From: Bacilli bacterium
GTDB lineage: Bacteria; Bacillota_I; Bacilli_A; RF39; UBA660
Length of the DNA: 64,000 nucleotides
Assembly (NCBI GenBank): GCA_900769635.1
Contig: CAAGHJ010000016.1
Location: 7,488 to 71,487, forward strand
Reading direction: 5' to 3'
Of this stretch, positions 19,947 to 28,604 are shown one piece after another (position 1 is the first letter of the stretch; each line of letters begins with the position of its first letter). Position numbers and translations under genes: made by a program. The notes beneath the pieces are model-generated. The model searched no databases and was not told the origin of the DNA. It saw only the letters and a program-made list of their open reading frames with translations.

Positions 19947-21605
19947 ATGAACGAAGAAACAAATATAAACTTAGCAAATCTCCTCTTTAATAAAGAAGAA
20001 ATAAAGAGTGTAGAATACTATGAGGAAAAATATCCCTATCGCAAAGAAAAAGTAGTAACCCGTTTTGCTCCCTCACCAACCGGCTTTGTCCACATAGGAT
20101 CACTATATACAGCCTTTATAAATCAAAAGTATTCAAGTGATGCCAAAGGAATATTCTTTTTAAGAATAGAAGATACTGATCAAAATAGATTAATAAAAGG
20201 ATCTATCGAAGAAATAATCAAAGATTTAAAAAATTTTAACATAACCATAAATGAAGGAGCCCTAAACGAAATGGAGGAAACAGGAATATACGGTCCCTAT
20301 AAACAATCAGAAAGATTAAATATATACAAATCTTTTGCTTACCACCTCGTAAAAAACGGTCTAGCATATCCCTGTTTTTGCAGTGAAAAAGAATTAGAAA
20401 AACTAAGAGAAACCCAGTCCCAAAATAAAGAAAGGATAGGGTATTATGGTAAGTATGCAAAATGTCGTAATCTTTCTCTTACTGAAATAGAAGAAAAAAT
20501 AAATAATGGCGAAAAATACGTTATAAGACTAAAATCATCAGGAAATTTTAACAATAAAATAAAATATAAAGATTTAGTAAAAGGGGAGGTAGAATTCCCT
20601 GAAAACGATATCGATACCATTCTTCTAAAAAGCGATAAATATCCAACTTACCACTTTGCTCACGTAATAGACGACCATCTAATGAGAGTAACCCATATAA
20701 TAAGAGGAGATGAATGGCTTTCATCTTTCCCAATCCATTACCAACTATTTAACTATTTCCATTTCTTCTTACCAGCCTTCGGCCATATCTCCCCCCTTCT
20801 AAAAAAAGAAGAAGATAGAGTAAGAAAAATATCCAAAAGAAAAGATCCCGAAGCCAAAGTAAGCTACTATTATGAAAAAGGAATACCTTACGAAGCAGTT
20901 AAAGAATATCTAATGACAGTTGCCAATACCAATTATGAAGGCTGGAAGAGTGCCAATCCCACTCAAACAATAGACAATTTCAAATTCAGTTTAAATAAAA
21001 TGAGTTCTAGTGGTGCCATTTTCGATATGGATAAATTATTAAATATTTCCAAAAATTACTTAGCTCATCTTCCCGCTACCAAACTATATGATAATTTAGT
21101 AAAATATGAAGAAGTATTTGATGTACCCTTTGGGTCCCTTATAAAAGAAAAAAAAGACTATACAATAAATATCTTAAATATAGAAAGAGAAGGCAAGAAA
21201 CCACGCAAAGACTATGCAATGTATAGTGAAATAAAAGGCAAAATAAACTATATGTATGATGAACTATTTAACTACGACAATTTAGAGTTAAAAACAAGTT
21301 ATAAAAAAGAAATACTAAAAGACTATATAGAAAATTACTATAATAATAAAGATAATGAAGAAATATGGTATGAAAAAATAAAAAAATTATCTCTAAAATA
21401 CGGTTATGCCAAAGAAGTAAAAGAATATAAACAAAATCCCGAAAATTACAAAGGTCACGTAGGTGATGTATGCGAGTTAATTAGAGTAAGTTTAACATCT
21501 TCCACTAAAACACCCGACCTATATCAAATAATGAATGTTCTTGGCGAAACAAGAGTAAAAGAAAGAATGAATAAATTTATTACATATCTAGACGAAAAAT
21601 TATAA
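19947..21605 (+). CDS. gltX: Glutamate--tRNA ligase (long form, 552 aa)
   Basis: RFAPSPTGFVHIGSLYTAF (HIGH-type motif), FLRIEDTDQNR, and KISKRK (KMSKS-type motif). RBS AAGGTG is 6 nt before the ATG at 19947, and only 27 nt separate it from tRNA-Gln. Confidence 0.9.
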   Translation: MNEETNINLANLLFNKEEIKSVEYYEEKYPYRKEKVVTRFAPSPTGFVHIGSLYTAFINQKYSSDAKGIFFLRIEDTDQNRLIKGSIEEIIKDLKNFNITINEGALNEMEETGIYGPYKQSERLNIYKSFAYHLVKNGLAYPCFCSEKELEKLRETQSQNKERIGYYGKYAKCRNLSLTEIEEKINNGEKYVIRLKSSGNFNNKIKYKDLVKGEVEFPENDIDTILLKSDKYPTYHFAHVIDDHLMRVTHIIRGDEWLSSFPIHYQLFNYFHFFLPAFGHISPLLKKEEDRVRKISKRKDPEAKVSYYYEKGIPYEAVKEYLMTVANTNYEGWKSANPTQTIDNFKFSLNKMSSSGAIFDMDKLLNISKNYLAHLPATKLYDNLVKYEEVFDVPFGSLIKEKKDYTINILNIEREGKKPRKDYAMYSEIKGKINYMYDELFNYDNLELKTSYKKEILKDYIENYYNNKDNEEIWYEKIKKLSLKYGYAKEVKEYKQNPENYKGHVGDVCELIRVSLTSSTKTPDLYQIMNVLGETRVKERMNKFITYLDEKL

Positions 21606-21624
21606 AAAAAATCAAAAATCCCCC

Positions 21625-21653
21625 TAGACAAACCACAATAAATATGTTAAAAT
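21625..21653 (+). promoter_or_regulatory. Sigma-A promoter for the tRNA-Glu cluster
   Basis: TAGACA, 17 nt spacer, TGtTAAAAT (extended -10), 13 nt upstream of the tRNA 5' end. Confidence 0.55.
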
Positions 21654-21666
21654 TAATAATGTCAGT

Positions 21667-21743
21667 GGCTCGTTGGTGAAGTGGTTAACACGTTGCCCTC
21701 TCAAGGCAATATTCCATGGGTTCAAGTCCCATACGAGTCACCA
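21667..21743 (+). tRNA. tRNA-Glu (anticodon CTC)
   Basis: GGCTCGTTGGTGAAGTGGTTAACAC... parallels B. subtilis tRNA-Glu. Anticodon arm TTGCC-CTCTCAA-GGCAA. T-arm ATGGG-TTCAAGT-CCCAT. Ends ACCA. Confidence 0.85.
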
Positions 21744-21754
21744 TTATGATTTTT

Positions 21755-21776
21755 AAGCCCTACCAAGTAGGGTTTT
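21755..21776 (+). terminator. Hairpin plus T-run between tRNA-Glu and tRNA-Thr (leaky terminator or processing signal)
   Basis: AAGCCCTAC-caa-GTAGGGTTT followed by T. It ends 8 nt before tRNA-Thr. Confidence 0.45.
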
Positions 21777-21784
21777 AATAAAAT

Positions 21785-21860
21785 GCCGACTTAGCTCAAT
21801 AGGTAGAGCAACTGAATCGTAATCAGTAGGTTACGGGTTCAATTCCTGTAGTCGGCACCA
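21785..21860 (+). tRNA. tRNA-Thr (anticodon CGT)
   Basis: Perfect acceptor stem GCCGACT/AGTCGGC. Anticodon arm ACTGA-ATCGTAA-TCAGT. GGTTCAATTCC T-loop. CCA encoded. Confidence 0.9.
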
Positions 21861-21866
21861 CTTTAT

Positions 21867-21953
21867 GCAGGGATGGCGGAATAGGTAGACGCACTACTTT
21901 GAGGGGGTAGTGACCATTAGGTCGTGGGAGTTCAAGTCTCCTTCCTTGTACCA
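21867..21953 (+). tRNA. tRNA-Leu (anticodon GAG), type II with long variable arm
   Basis: GCAGGGATGGCGGAATAGGTAGACGC is a Leu-type D-arm. Anticodon arm CTACT-TTGAGGG-GGTAG. Long variable arm, TTCAAGT T-loop, 87 nt, ends ACCA. Two G-U pairs in the acceptor stem. Confidence 0.85.
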
Positions 21954-21965
21954 ATTATGATTAAT

Positions 21966-21987
21966 AAGTCCATTATGGACTTTTTTT
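21966..21987 (+). terminator. Rho-independent terminator after the tRNA cluster
   Basis: AAGTCC-attat-GGACTT followed by a T7 run. Confidence 0.7.
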
Positions 21988-22112
21988 CTATCTACAATTC
22001 AGTGTAATAAATAAAAAAAGTCCCTTTAATCAAAAATCCCTATCTTCCTTACAGTAGGGTTTGACAAACCCAAAAACTTATGATAACATAATTTGACAAA
22101 GAAGGTGCTATA

Positions 22113-22958
22113 ATGAATACAAACCCAAAATTCCCTCTAAATGAGGAAGAGGAGCAAAGAAAGCAAGCCCTAATAAAAAACTTGGAAGAAGAAATAAGAA
22201 CTCTGTTGTATCAAATCGGGAACGCCAAATATATAGAGATAAAACAAAAACTATTACGCCGTCTCAAAATCCTTGTAGCTAGCCTAGAAACTATAGCCCC
22301 ATATACCCTTATAAGTACAGGTACCCTAGTTCTTTTCAGTCTTTTAAATATAACCCCCTTTATGAGAGATAACATCAAAACTCCTGAATACATAACCAAA
22401 GATATCGATAATACCGGCATCATAAGATATGAACGAAGCCATACCAAACAACATAGTACAAATAAAATCTACTATTACTCATCTTGGCAAAAATGTGCAA
22501 TCACTCATAAACGAACCATAAACATATACAATGTCAAAAACATTCCCACTAGCACAATTGAAAAGGTAATATCAGGTCAAATAACTACCACTCTTTATGA
22601 ATTATTAGGCGATCCTACGGAAACTATCATCGAAGAAAAAAATAATGTATCCGAAGAAGAACTCTCATCTCCACCAACAATTCGTGCCCTTATATACTCC
22701 AAAAACGAAAACAACTATGTAATAGTAAAAGAACCCATCTTAGTAAACAATATGACAACCATTCTATATCTCATACTAACAATAGTACTATCCATAGTCC
22801 CAGCCAAAATAAGAGAACTAAACGATTATCCCACTCTAAAAGAAAAAATAGATATAATAAACGATAGCTATTTATCAACATCCACCATATCCGCTCGAAT
22901 TAAACTCGAACTATTAGAAGAAAACTATAAACGATTAACAAGGAGTAAAAATGAATAA
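22113..22958 (+). CDS. Hypothetical two-TM membrane protein with N-terminal coiled-coil
   Basis: RBS GAAGGTG. Predicted helices at about aa 63-83 (YTLISTGTLVLFSLLNI) and about aa 214-233 (TTILYLILTIVLSIV). 8-nt overlap with the downstream amidoligase gene. Confidence 0.65.
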   Translation: MNTNPKFPLNEEEEQRKQALIKNLEEEIRTLLYQIGNAKYIEIKQKLLRRLKILVASLETIAPYTLISTGTLVLFSLLNITPFMRDNIKTPEYITKDIDNTGIIRYERSHTKQHSTNKIYYYSSWQKCAITHKRTINIYNVKNIPTSTIEKVISGQITTTLYELLGDPTETIIEEKNNVSEEELSSPPTIRALIYSKNENNYVIVKEPILVNNMTTILYLILTIVLSIVPAKIRELNDYPTLKEKIDIINDSYLSTSTISARIKLELLEENYKRLTRSKNE

Positions 22959-23934
22959 AATTTTAAAATACTTACCACCCACAGAAAATGAAATTCTGTC
23001 GAATCTTTCCCCCAGCGACCTATTAGATATGATAATACTGTTGGAAAAACTCTACCTCGAACCAAGAACCACTCTAAATCTGCCCCAAGATATAACTTTT
23101 GGAGTAGAAATAGAGTTCGAACACGCCAATATGAATAAATTAAGAAATCTACTGGAAGTACGAGATATAACTTGGACTCTTGCTTACGACTATTCCCTAA
23201 ATGATGGAGCTGAACTAGATTCCCCCGTTTTAACTGATAAAGAAAGCAGTTATAAACAAATAAACAAAGTATGTAATACCATAAAAGAGTGTGCTATTGC
23301 GGGTCCAGCCTCAGCCGGTCACATTCATATCGGTAGCCATATATTAAAAGACTATAAATCTTGGGATAACTTTCTAAAAAGCTGGATAACTTATGAAAAT
23401 ATAATATATCGCTTTTTATATGGAGAGTATTTAACACCCCGTGAAAGAATATTAAAATATGCCTTTCCTATTAGACAATTATTAAGTGCAGATTTACAAA
23501 AACTGCCCCCCAATAATAACAGTTTAAAAGAATTAATAAATACCATATCCCACGAAAGATATCAAGGCGTAAACTTCAAAAGAGTAACATCTTATGGGTA
23601 CGAAGAAAACAATACTATCGAATTTAGATCTCCCAATGCTACTCTAGATGTCACAATATGGCAAAACAACATTAACTTTTTAACTAAATTACTATTATAT
23701 GCAAGTAGTAACAATTACAATTCCGATATTATTACGGCAAGAAGAACTAAAAACAATTCAAAGAATACCAATATATCCTTATATAATCAAATATACTTAG
23801 AGCAAGCCCTTGAACTAGCTGATGAAATATTCAACAATAATCTTGATAAATTATACTTTTTACGAGCCTACCTCAAAAACTACGAAGTAGCAAGTGAACC
23901 ACTAACTCTTGCCAAGAAGTATACAAAAATTTAA
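22951..23934 (+). CDS. Putative amidoligase (Amidoligase_2 / glutamine-synthetase-like fold)
   Basis: The motif series FGVEIEFE ... NDGAELDSPVL ... AGHIHIG ... NTIEFRSPNATLD..IWQNNINFL matches my memory of the PF12224 signature (GxExEF; E..SP; HVH; T.EFR...gT.d). Confidence 0.7.
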   Translation: MNKILKYLPPTENEILSNLSPSDLLDMIILLEKLYLEPRTTLNLPQDITFGVEIEFEHANMNKLRNLLEVRDITWTLAYDYSLNDGAELDSPVLTDKESSYKQINKVCNTIKECAIAGPASAGHIHIGSHILKDYKSWDNFLKSWITYENIIYRFLYGEYLTPRERILKYAFPIRQLLSADLQKLPPNNNSLKELINTISHERYQGVNFKRVTSYGYEENNTIEFRSPNATLDVTIWQNNINFLTKLLLYASSNNYNSDIITARRTKNNSKNTNISLYNQIYLEQALELADEIFNNNLDKLYFLRAYLKNYEVASEPLTLAKKYTKI

Positions 23935-23961
23935 AACTGCATCATATTCGGTGCAGTTTTT
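23933..23961. terminator. Terminator hairpin between convergent genes
   Basis: AAAACTGCA-tcatattcgg-TGCAGTTTT. Confidence 0.7.
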
Positions 23962-23992
23962 AAAAATCTGTAACTAACTATTATCAATTTCT

Positions 23993-24592
23993 CTAAATTA
24001 GTATAAAACAAAGAATAAAAATTCCTAGTCCCATTCCTGTCATAAGAATCAAGAACCATTTTCCCTTAGGTTTAACAATCCTAATATTAAGTATAAAAAG
24101 TAAACTCATAATAAGAAGAAAGCCTCTACCTACAAAAATACTATTAGTAAGCAAATAAGTCAAAATAACAATAGGAATAAAAATTCCACTAGAAGTAACA
24201 GGAAATCCCAAATACACGTTACTACCATCCCCATTACTAAGTCTTGTATTAAAGTATGCTAGCCTCATTGTTGCACAAAACAAATAAATACCAAGAAATA
24301 ATACACTAATTAGATCATTAAAACCAACCAAATAAAGAAGAATAATAGGGACTGCCCCAAAATTAAACACATCCAAAACCGTATCAATCTGTTCCCCAAA
24401 ACTCTTCTCAAAATCATTTCTTTTACACTTTCTAGCAATTCTTCCATCTATCATATCAATAAAAGCCGACCCCATAAAACAAAGTATGCTAAGTTTAATG
24501 TTACCAGTAAGCATTAAATAAATAGAAACAAAATTCAAAACCATTCCCAAGTACGAAAAAAGCACACTAACTCCATAAATACCAATAAACAT
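23993..24592 (-). CDS. CDP-alcohol phosphatidyltransferase (phosphatidylserine synthase-like)
   Basis: DMIDGRIARK...GEQIDTVLDVFNFG equals the family motif D(x)2DG(x)2AR(x)n G(x)3D(x)3D. Polytopic, 199 aa. RBS GAGGAGG. Confidence 0.8.
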   Translation of the reverse strand: MFIGIYGVSVLFSYLGMVLNFVSIYLMLTGNIKLSILCFMGSAFIDMIDGRIARKCKRNDFEKSFGEQIDTVLDVFNFGAVPIILLYLVGFNDLISVLFLGIYLFCATMRLAYFNTRLSNGDGSNVYLGFPVTSSGIFIPIVILTYLLTNSIFVGRGFLLIMSLLFILNIRIVKPKGKWFLILMTGMGLGIFILCFILI

Positions 24593-24806
24593 AAATACCT
24601 CCTCTAACTAATATATCAATTATAACATTAATAATTATTCTAAACTATACATAAACCAAAAAAAGTATGATAATAATACATCTGTCTAGCAAAAAATATA
24701 TATAAAAAACATCAAAATATTATTGACAATCATACCAATTATAAGTATAATAAATTAGAAAAGAGATGTACAAGTTAGTGCATTATAGAAAAGAGGAAAA
24801 AGGAAC

Positions 24807-25508
24807 ATGAAAGAATTAATAACACTAAAAAATGTCAAGAAAATATATACAACAGGGGAGAAAAAATACTGTGCACTAGGAGGCGTAAATCTCTCGATAA
24901 ATAAAGGAGAATTAGTATGCATTTTAGGACCTTCAGGTGCAGGAAAAACAACCCTTTTAAACCTCCTTGGTGGTATGGACACCGTAACAAGTGGAACTAT
25001 CAAAGTAGGAAATGAAATAATTTCTAAACTAAAAGATAAAGCCCTAACAACATATAGAGCCAAACAAGTAGGTTTTATTTTTCAGTTTTATAATATATTA
25101 CCAACTCTAACCGTTTTAGAAAACGTTGAGTTAATAAACGACCTCGTCGATAACCCCAAAGATGCCAAAACAATATTAAAAGAAGTAGGACTCGAAAAAC
25201 AACTAAACAAATTCCCAAGTGAGTTATCAGGAGGAGAACAACAAAGAGTATCAATAGCTCGTTCTATTGCCAAAAATCCCCAAATACTATTATGTGATGA
25301 ACCAACTGGAGCACTAGACTCCAAAACCGGAGCCGAAGTACTAAGAATACTAAAAGATTGCACTAAAAAAGGAACAACCGTCATAATAGTAACCCATAAT
25401 GCCTTAATTTCAGAAATAGCCAATCATACCATAAAATTAAAAAACGGTAAAGTCGTTGAAGATATTGTTAGAAAAAAACCAAAAAAGATAGATGAGGTTG
25501 TGTGGTAA
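24807..25508 (+). CDS. ABC transporter ATP-binding protein (MacB/LolD-type)
   Basis: Walker A GPSGAGKTT, signature LSGGEQQR, Walker B LLCDEPTGALD. Preceded by a TTGACA-17-TATAAT promoter at 24723-24751. Confidence 0.9.
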   Translation: MKELITLKNVKKIYTTGEKKYCALGGVNLSINKGELVCILGPSGAGKTTLLNLLGGMDTVTSGTIKVGNEIISKLKDKALTTYRAKQVGFIFQFYNILPTLTVLENVELINDLVDNPKDAKTILKEVGLEKQLNKFPSELSGGEQQRVSIARSIAKNPQILLCDEPTGALDSKTGAEVLRILKDCTKKGTTVIIVTHNALISEIANHTIKLKNGKVVEDIVRKKPKKIDEVVW

Positions 25509-27871
25509 TGATGCTAAGAAGAAAAATGATAAGGGATATAATAAAAAACAAATCACAGTTCATAACCATCTTCCTTATGATTTTAATAGGAGTAATGGTA
25601 TACATAGGAATAGAATCCTATATGACAGGAATGTCTACCGCTTCTGAAAAATTCTATACCAAAAACAATCTTCAAGACCTAAACGTATTAGGTACATCAT
25701 TCAAAAAATCCGATTTAGACAAAATAAAGCACCTCGATAACGTCAAAAATGCCGAACGAAAAATGGAAATAAATGCTACCGATGCCGATAATAAGGACAA
25801 AAACTATCTAGTAACATTTATAGAATCCAATAACATATCAAGATTTCACGTTATAAAAGGAATTCCCTTTATATCATCAAAAAAAGGAGTATGGGTTGAC
25901 AACACTTATGCGGAAAAAAACAATCTCGTTCTCGGTGAAACAATCAAAATAAAATACGATACCATAGTTCTAGAAGAACCAATATTAGGTTTTATAAATA
26001 CTCCCGATCACGTTTACGATACCAAAGATAAATCTCAATTAGTCCCCGATCGTCAAAACTACGGATATATCTATATGTCGGTAAATGAAATTCCCGAAGA
26101 CTATATAAATGACCTTGTTGTAAAAACACTCGGTATATCGACTGTGGCTAGCATTCCCAACTATAACTACAAAGAATACATCCCTTACAACTATGTAATG
26201 GTCGATGTCATTGATAAAAAAAATGTAGAATACGTCAAAAATACCATTGAAGACGATGTTGATAATGCCCTTGCCGTAGTAAAAATAGAAGACACTCCGT
26301 CCTACGCAATGTATCAGGGTGAAATTGACGAAGGAAAAGCTTACGTCGGTGTATTTTCCGGCATCTTCCTCTTCATCGCAATGCTCACAATGATAACAAC
26401 AATGATTCGGCTAGTCTCTGCCGAACAAGTGCAAATTGGAACGCTTGGTGCTCTCGGATTTCCAAAGTCCCAAATAATTTTACATTATGTAAGCTATGGC
26501 TTTTATGTTGCCCTATCAGGGACTATATTCGGTATCATTTTTGGTAAATTAATAATAGGAAATATATTTATAAATCTTGAAATGAGCTTCTTTGAAATGC
26601 CAAACTGTACCGCCATAATTAACGAAAAATGTTTTATAATGGTAGCAATAATAATTCTTATCATAACATTTATAACATATTTAACTTGTCTCAAAGAATT
26701 AAACAAGAAACCATCCGAAGCACTAAGATCAAGCCTACCGAAGGTAAATAAAAAAATAATAAAGATTACTACCAAGAAACCATTTACAAAACTATCTTTC
26801 GGAAATCTTTGGAATATAAGGGATATGCTTCAAAATAAAGTTCGTACTATTACTTCCATTTTAGGCGTTCTCGGTTGTTGTAGCCTTATCGTCTGTGCTT
26901 TTGGAATGCTAAATAGTATGACACATCTTGTCAAGTTACAATTTGATGACTTATACAACTTTAAATACAAGTTAACCCTAAAAGAAAACATTTCCGAAGA
27001 GGACTATCAAAATCTTCAAACAACTTATGGAGATAGTACTAGTGAAACCATAAATATAGAAATAACCAGTAAAGATAACAGTAGAACGACTAGTAATATA
27101 TTTGTAACTGATGCCGGTGATAAAATAAGATTTAAAGACAAAAAAGATAAATATATAGACAAATTAGAAGAAGGTGGAGTATACATAACAAGAAAACTAG
27201 CCGAAACAATGAACTATAAAGTAGGGGATGAAATAACTTTCCGTATTTATGGTAGCAATAAAGATTTAACCGCTAAAATAATAGGCCTAAATAAAGATCC
27301 CCAAAATCAAAATCTAACCACAACTAGAGCTAGTTTTGAAGCCCTTGGATTATCATACAAACCAGATTCCCTATATACAAATAAAGAATTATCCAAAGAC
27401 TTAGGTGGAGTTGATATAATTCAAGACAAAAAAGAATTAAAAGAAAATATGCAAAGTCTATTAGAAATGATGCGAACAATGATAATTCTTATAATAGTGT
27501 TTGCTTGTCTTCTTGGAGCAGTCATAATATACAATATGGGCATACTATCATACAGTGAGAAAAAATACCAATTCGCAACCCTTAAAGTATTAGGCTTTGA
27601 TGATAAGAAAATCCAAAAAATATATATAAATCAAAATATATGGATAACAACCATATCCATTATACTAGGACTTCCTACCGGATACTATTTAATATTCTGG
27701 TTATTCAAAAAATGCCTTGATGAAAGCTATGACTTTTCCGTATATGTAAACTGGACTACTTACTTATTAGGAACTATTGGCACATTTCTTGTTGCTTATC
27801 TAGTATCATTGTTCCTATCAAAAAAAGTAAAAACAATAGATATGGTATCAAGTCTGAAATCAAACGAATAA
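25508..27871 (+). CDS. ABC transporter permease, double FtsX-domain (MacB-like, about 787 aa)
   Basis: TAATG overlap with the ATPase gene. Two blocks, each a TM plus a large extracytoplasmic domain plus three TMs, with FtsX-type motifs. Confidence 0.85.
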   Translation: MMLRRKMIRDIIKNKSQFITIFLMILIGVMVYIGIESYMTGMSTASEKFYTKNNLQDLNVLGTSFKKSDLDKIKHLDNVKNAERKMEINATDADNKDKNYLVTFIESNNISRFHVIKGIPFISSKKGVWVDNTYAEKNNLVLGETIKIKYDTIVLEEPILGFINTPDHVYDTKDKSQLVPDRQNYGYIYMSVNEIPEDYINDLVVKTLGISTVASIPNYNYKEYIPYNYVMVDVIDKKNVEYVKNTIEDDVDNALAVVKIEDTPSYAMYQGEIDEGKAYVGVFSGIFLFIAMLTMITTMIRLVSAEQVQIGTLGALGFPKSQIILHYVSYGFYVALSGTIFGIIFGKLIIGNIFINLEMSFFEMPNCTAIINEKCFIMVAIIILIITFITYLTCLKELNKKPSEALRSSLPKVNKKIIKITTKKPFTKLSFGNLWNIRDMLQNKVRTITSILGVLGCCSLIVCAFGMLNSMTHLVKLQFDDLYNFKYKLTLKENISEEDYQNLQTTYGDSTSETINIEITSKDNSRTTSNIFVTDAGDKIRFKDKKDKYIDKLEEGGVYITRKLAETMNYKVGDEITFRIYGSNKDLTAKIIGLNKDPQNQNLTTTRASFEALGLSYKPDSLYTNKELSKDLGGVDIIQDKKELKENMQSLLEMMRTMIILIIVFACLLGAVIIYNMGILSYSEKKYQFATLKVLGFDDKKIQKIYINQNIWITTISIILGLPTGYYLIFWLFKKCLDESYDFSVYVNWTTYLLGTIGTFLVAYLVSLFLSKKVKTIDMVSSLKSNE

Positions 27872-27872
27872 C

Positions 27873-27898
27873 GAAGCACCCCCAAATGCTTCTTTTTT
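27873..27898 (+). terminator. Rho-independent terminator
   Basis: GAAGCA-cccccaaa-TGCTTC followed by a T6 run. Confidence 0.7.
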
Positions 27899-28014
27899 CA
27901 AGGTTTTCTGTAAAAAACATCAAAAAATGTTCGAATTAATCTTGAAAAATTAAAATATATATAATATAATCAAAATGTAAAGAAAAAAACATTAACTTAG
28001 AAGGGAAATCCAAA

Positions 28015-28437
28015 ATGAACAAAAAAGTAGATAAAAAAGAAATAATAACCAAAGGCACAAAAACTCTAAAAGAATTCAAAACCTTTATATCAAAGGGGAA
28101 TGTCGTAGATTTAGCTGTTGGTGTAATAATAGGAAGTGCCTTTGGAAAAATAGTATCATCCCTTGTAAATGATATTTTAATGCCCATTATCGGAATAATA
28201 ATAGGAGGAATAGATTTTTCAAACCTGACTATCCAAATAAAAGATGCAACCATTAAGTATGGTATATTTATCCAAAATATAATAGACTTTTTAATAGTAG
28301 CATTCTGTATATTTATATTCATAAAATTAATAAATAAAGTAAGTAAAAAAGAAGAAGAAAAAAAAGAGAAAGTTGTGAGTGAAGAAGCAAAAATATTAAA
28401 AGAAATAAGAGATATTTTAAAAGAAAAAAACCAATAA
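28015..28437 (+). CDS. mscL: Large-conductance mechanosensitive channel
   Basis: [41 protein letters not shown] is the canonical MscL TM1 region. Confidence 0.95.
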   Translation: MNKKVDKKEIITKGTKTLKEFKTFISKGNVVDLAVGVIIGSAFGKIVSSLVNDILMPIIGIIIGGIDFSNLTIQIKDATIKYGIFIQNIIDFLIVAFCIFIFIKLINKVSKKEEEKKEKVVSEEAKILKEIRDILKEKNQ

Positions 28438-28503
28438 AACGTACATTTCACACACTACTTTCACAAATAACAAATATATTATATATAAAGGAGGGTTTTA
28501 TAT

Positions 28504-28572
28504 ATGAAAAAAGCAGTGTATGAAACAAAAATGTTTCCATCAAGCGGATATTCCTCCATATATCACTCTTAG
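28504..28572 (+). CDS. Candidate 22-aa small ORF (MKKAVYETKMFPSSGYSSIYHS)
   Basis: Near-perfect RBS AAAGGAGGG is 8 nt upstream of the ATG. It is not in the ORF track because of its size, and there is no homology evidence. Confidence 0.3.
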   Translation: MKKAVYETKMFPSSGYSSIYHS

Positions 28573-28604
28573 CAAAATAAAAACAGAAAGGAAAAAGTGA
28601 TAAT

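Noticed and set aside
21954-24000. Possible genomic island integrated at tRNA-Leu
   Set aside because: I could find no integrase or recombinase, no mobility genes, and no direct repeat of the tRNA-Leu 3' end downstream. Only the two-gene amidoligase module looks accessory.
27936-28451. 171-aa minus-strand ORF antisense to mscL
   Set aside because: Its translation is low-complexity and Phe/Ile/Ser-rich, as expected from the reverse strand of an AT-rich gene, and it has no RBS. The plus-strand product is an unmistakable MscL.
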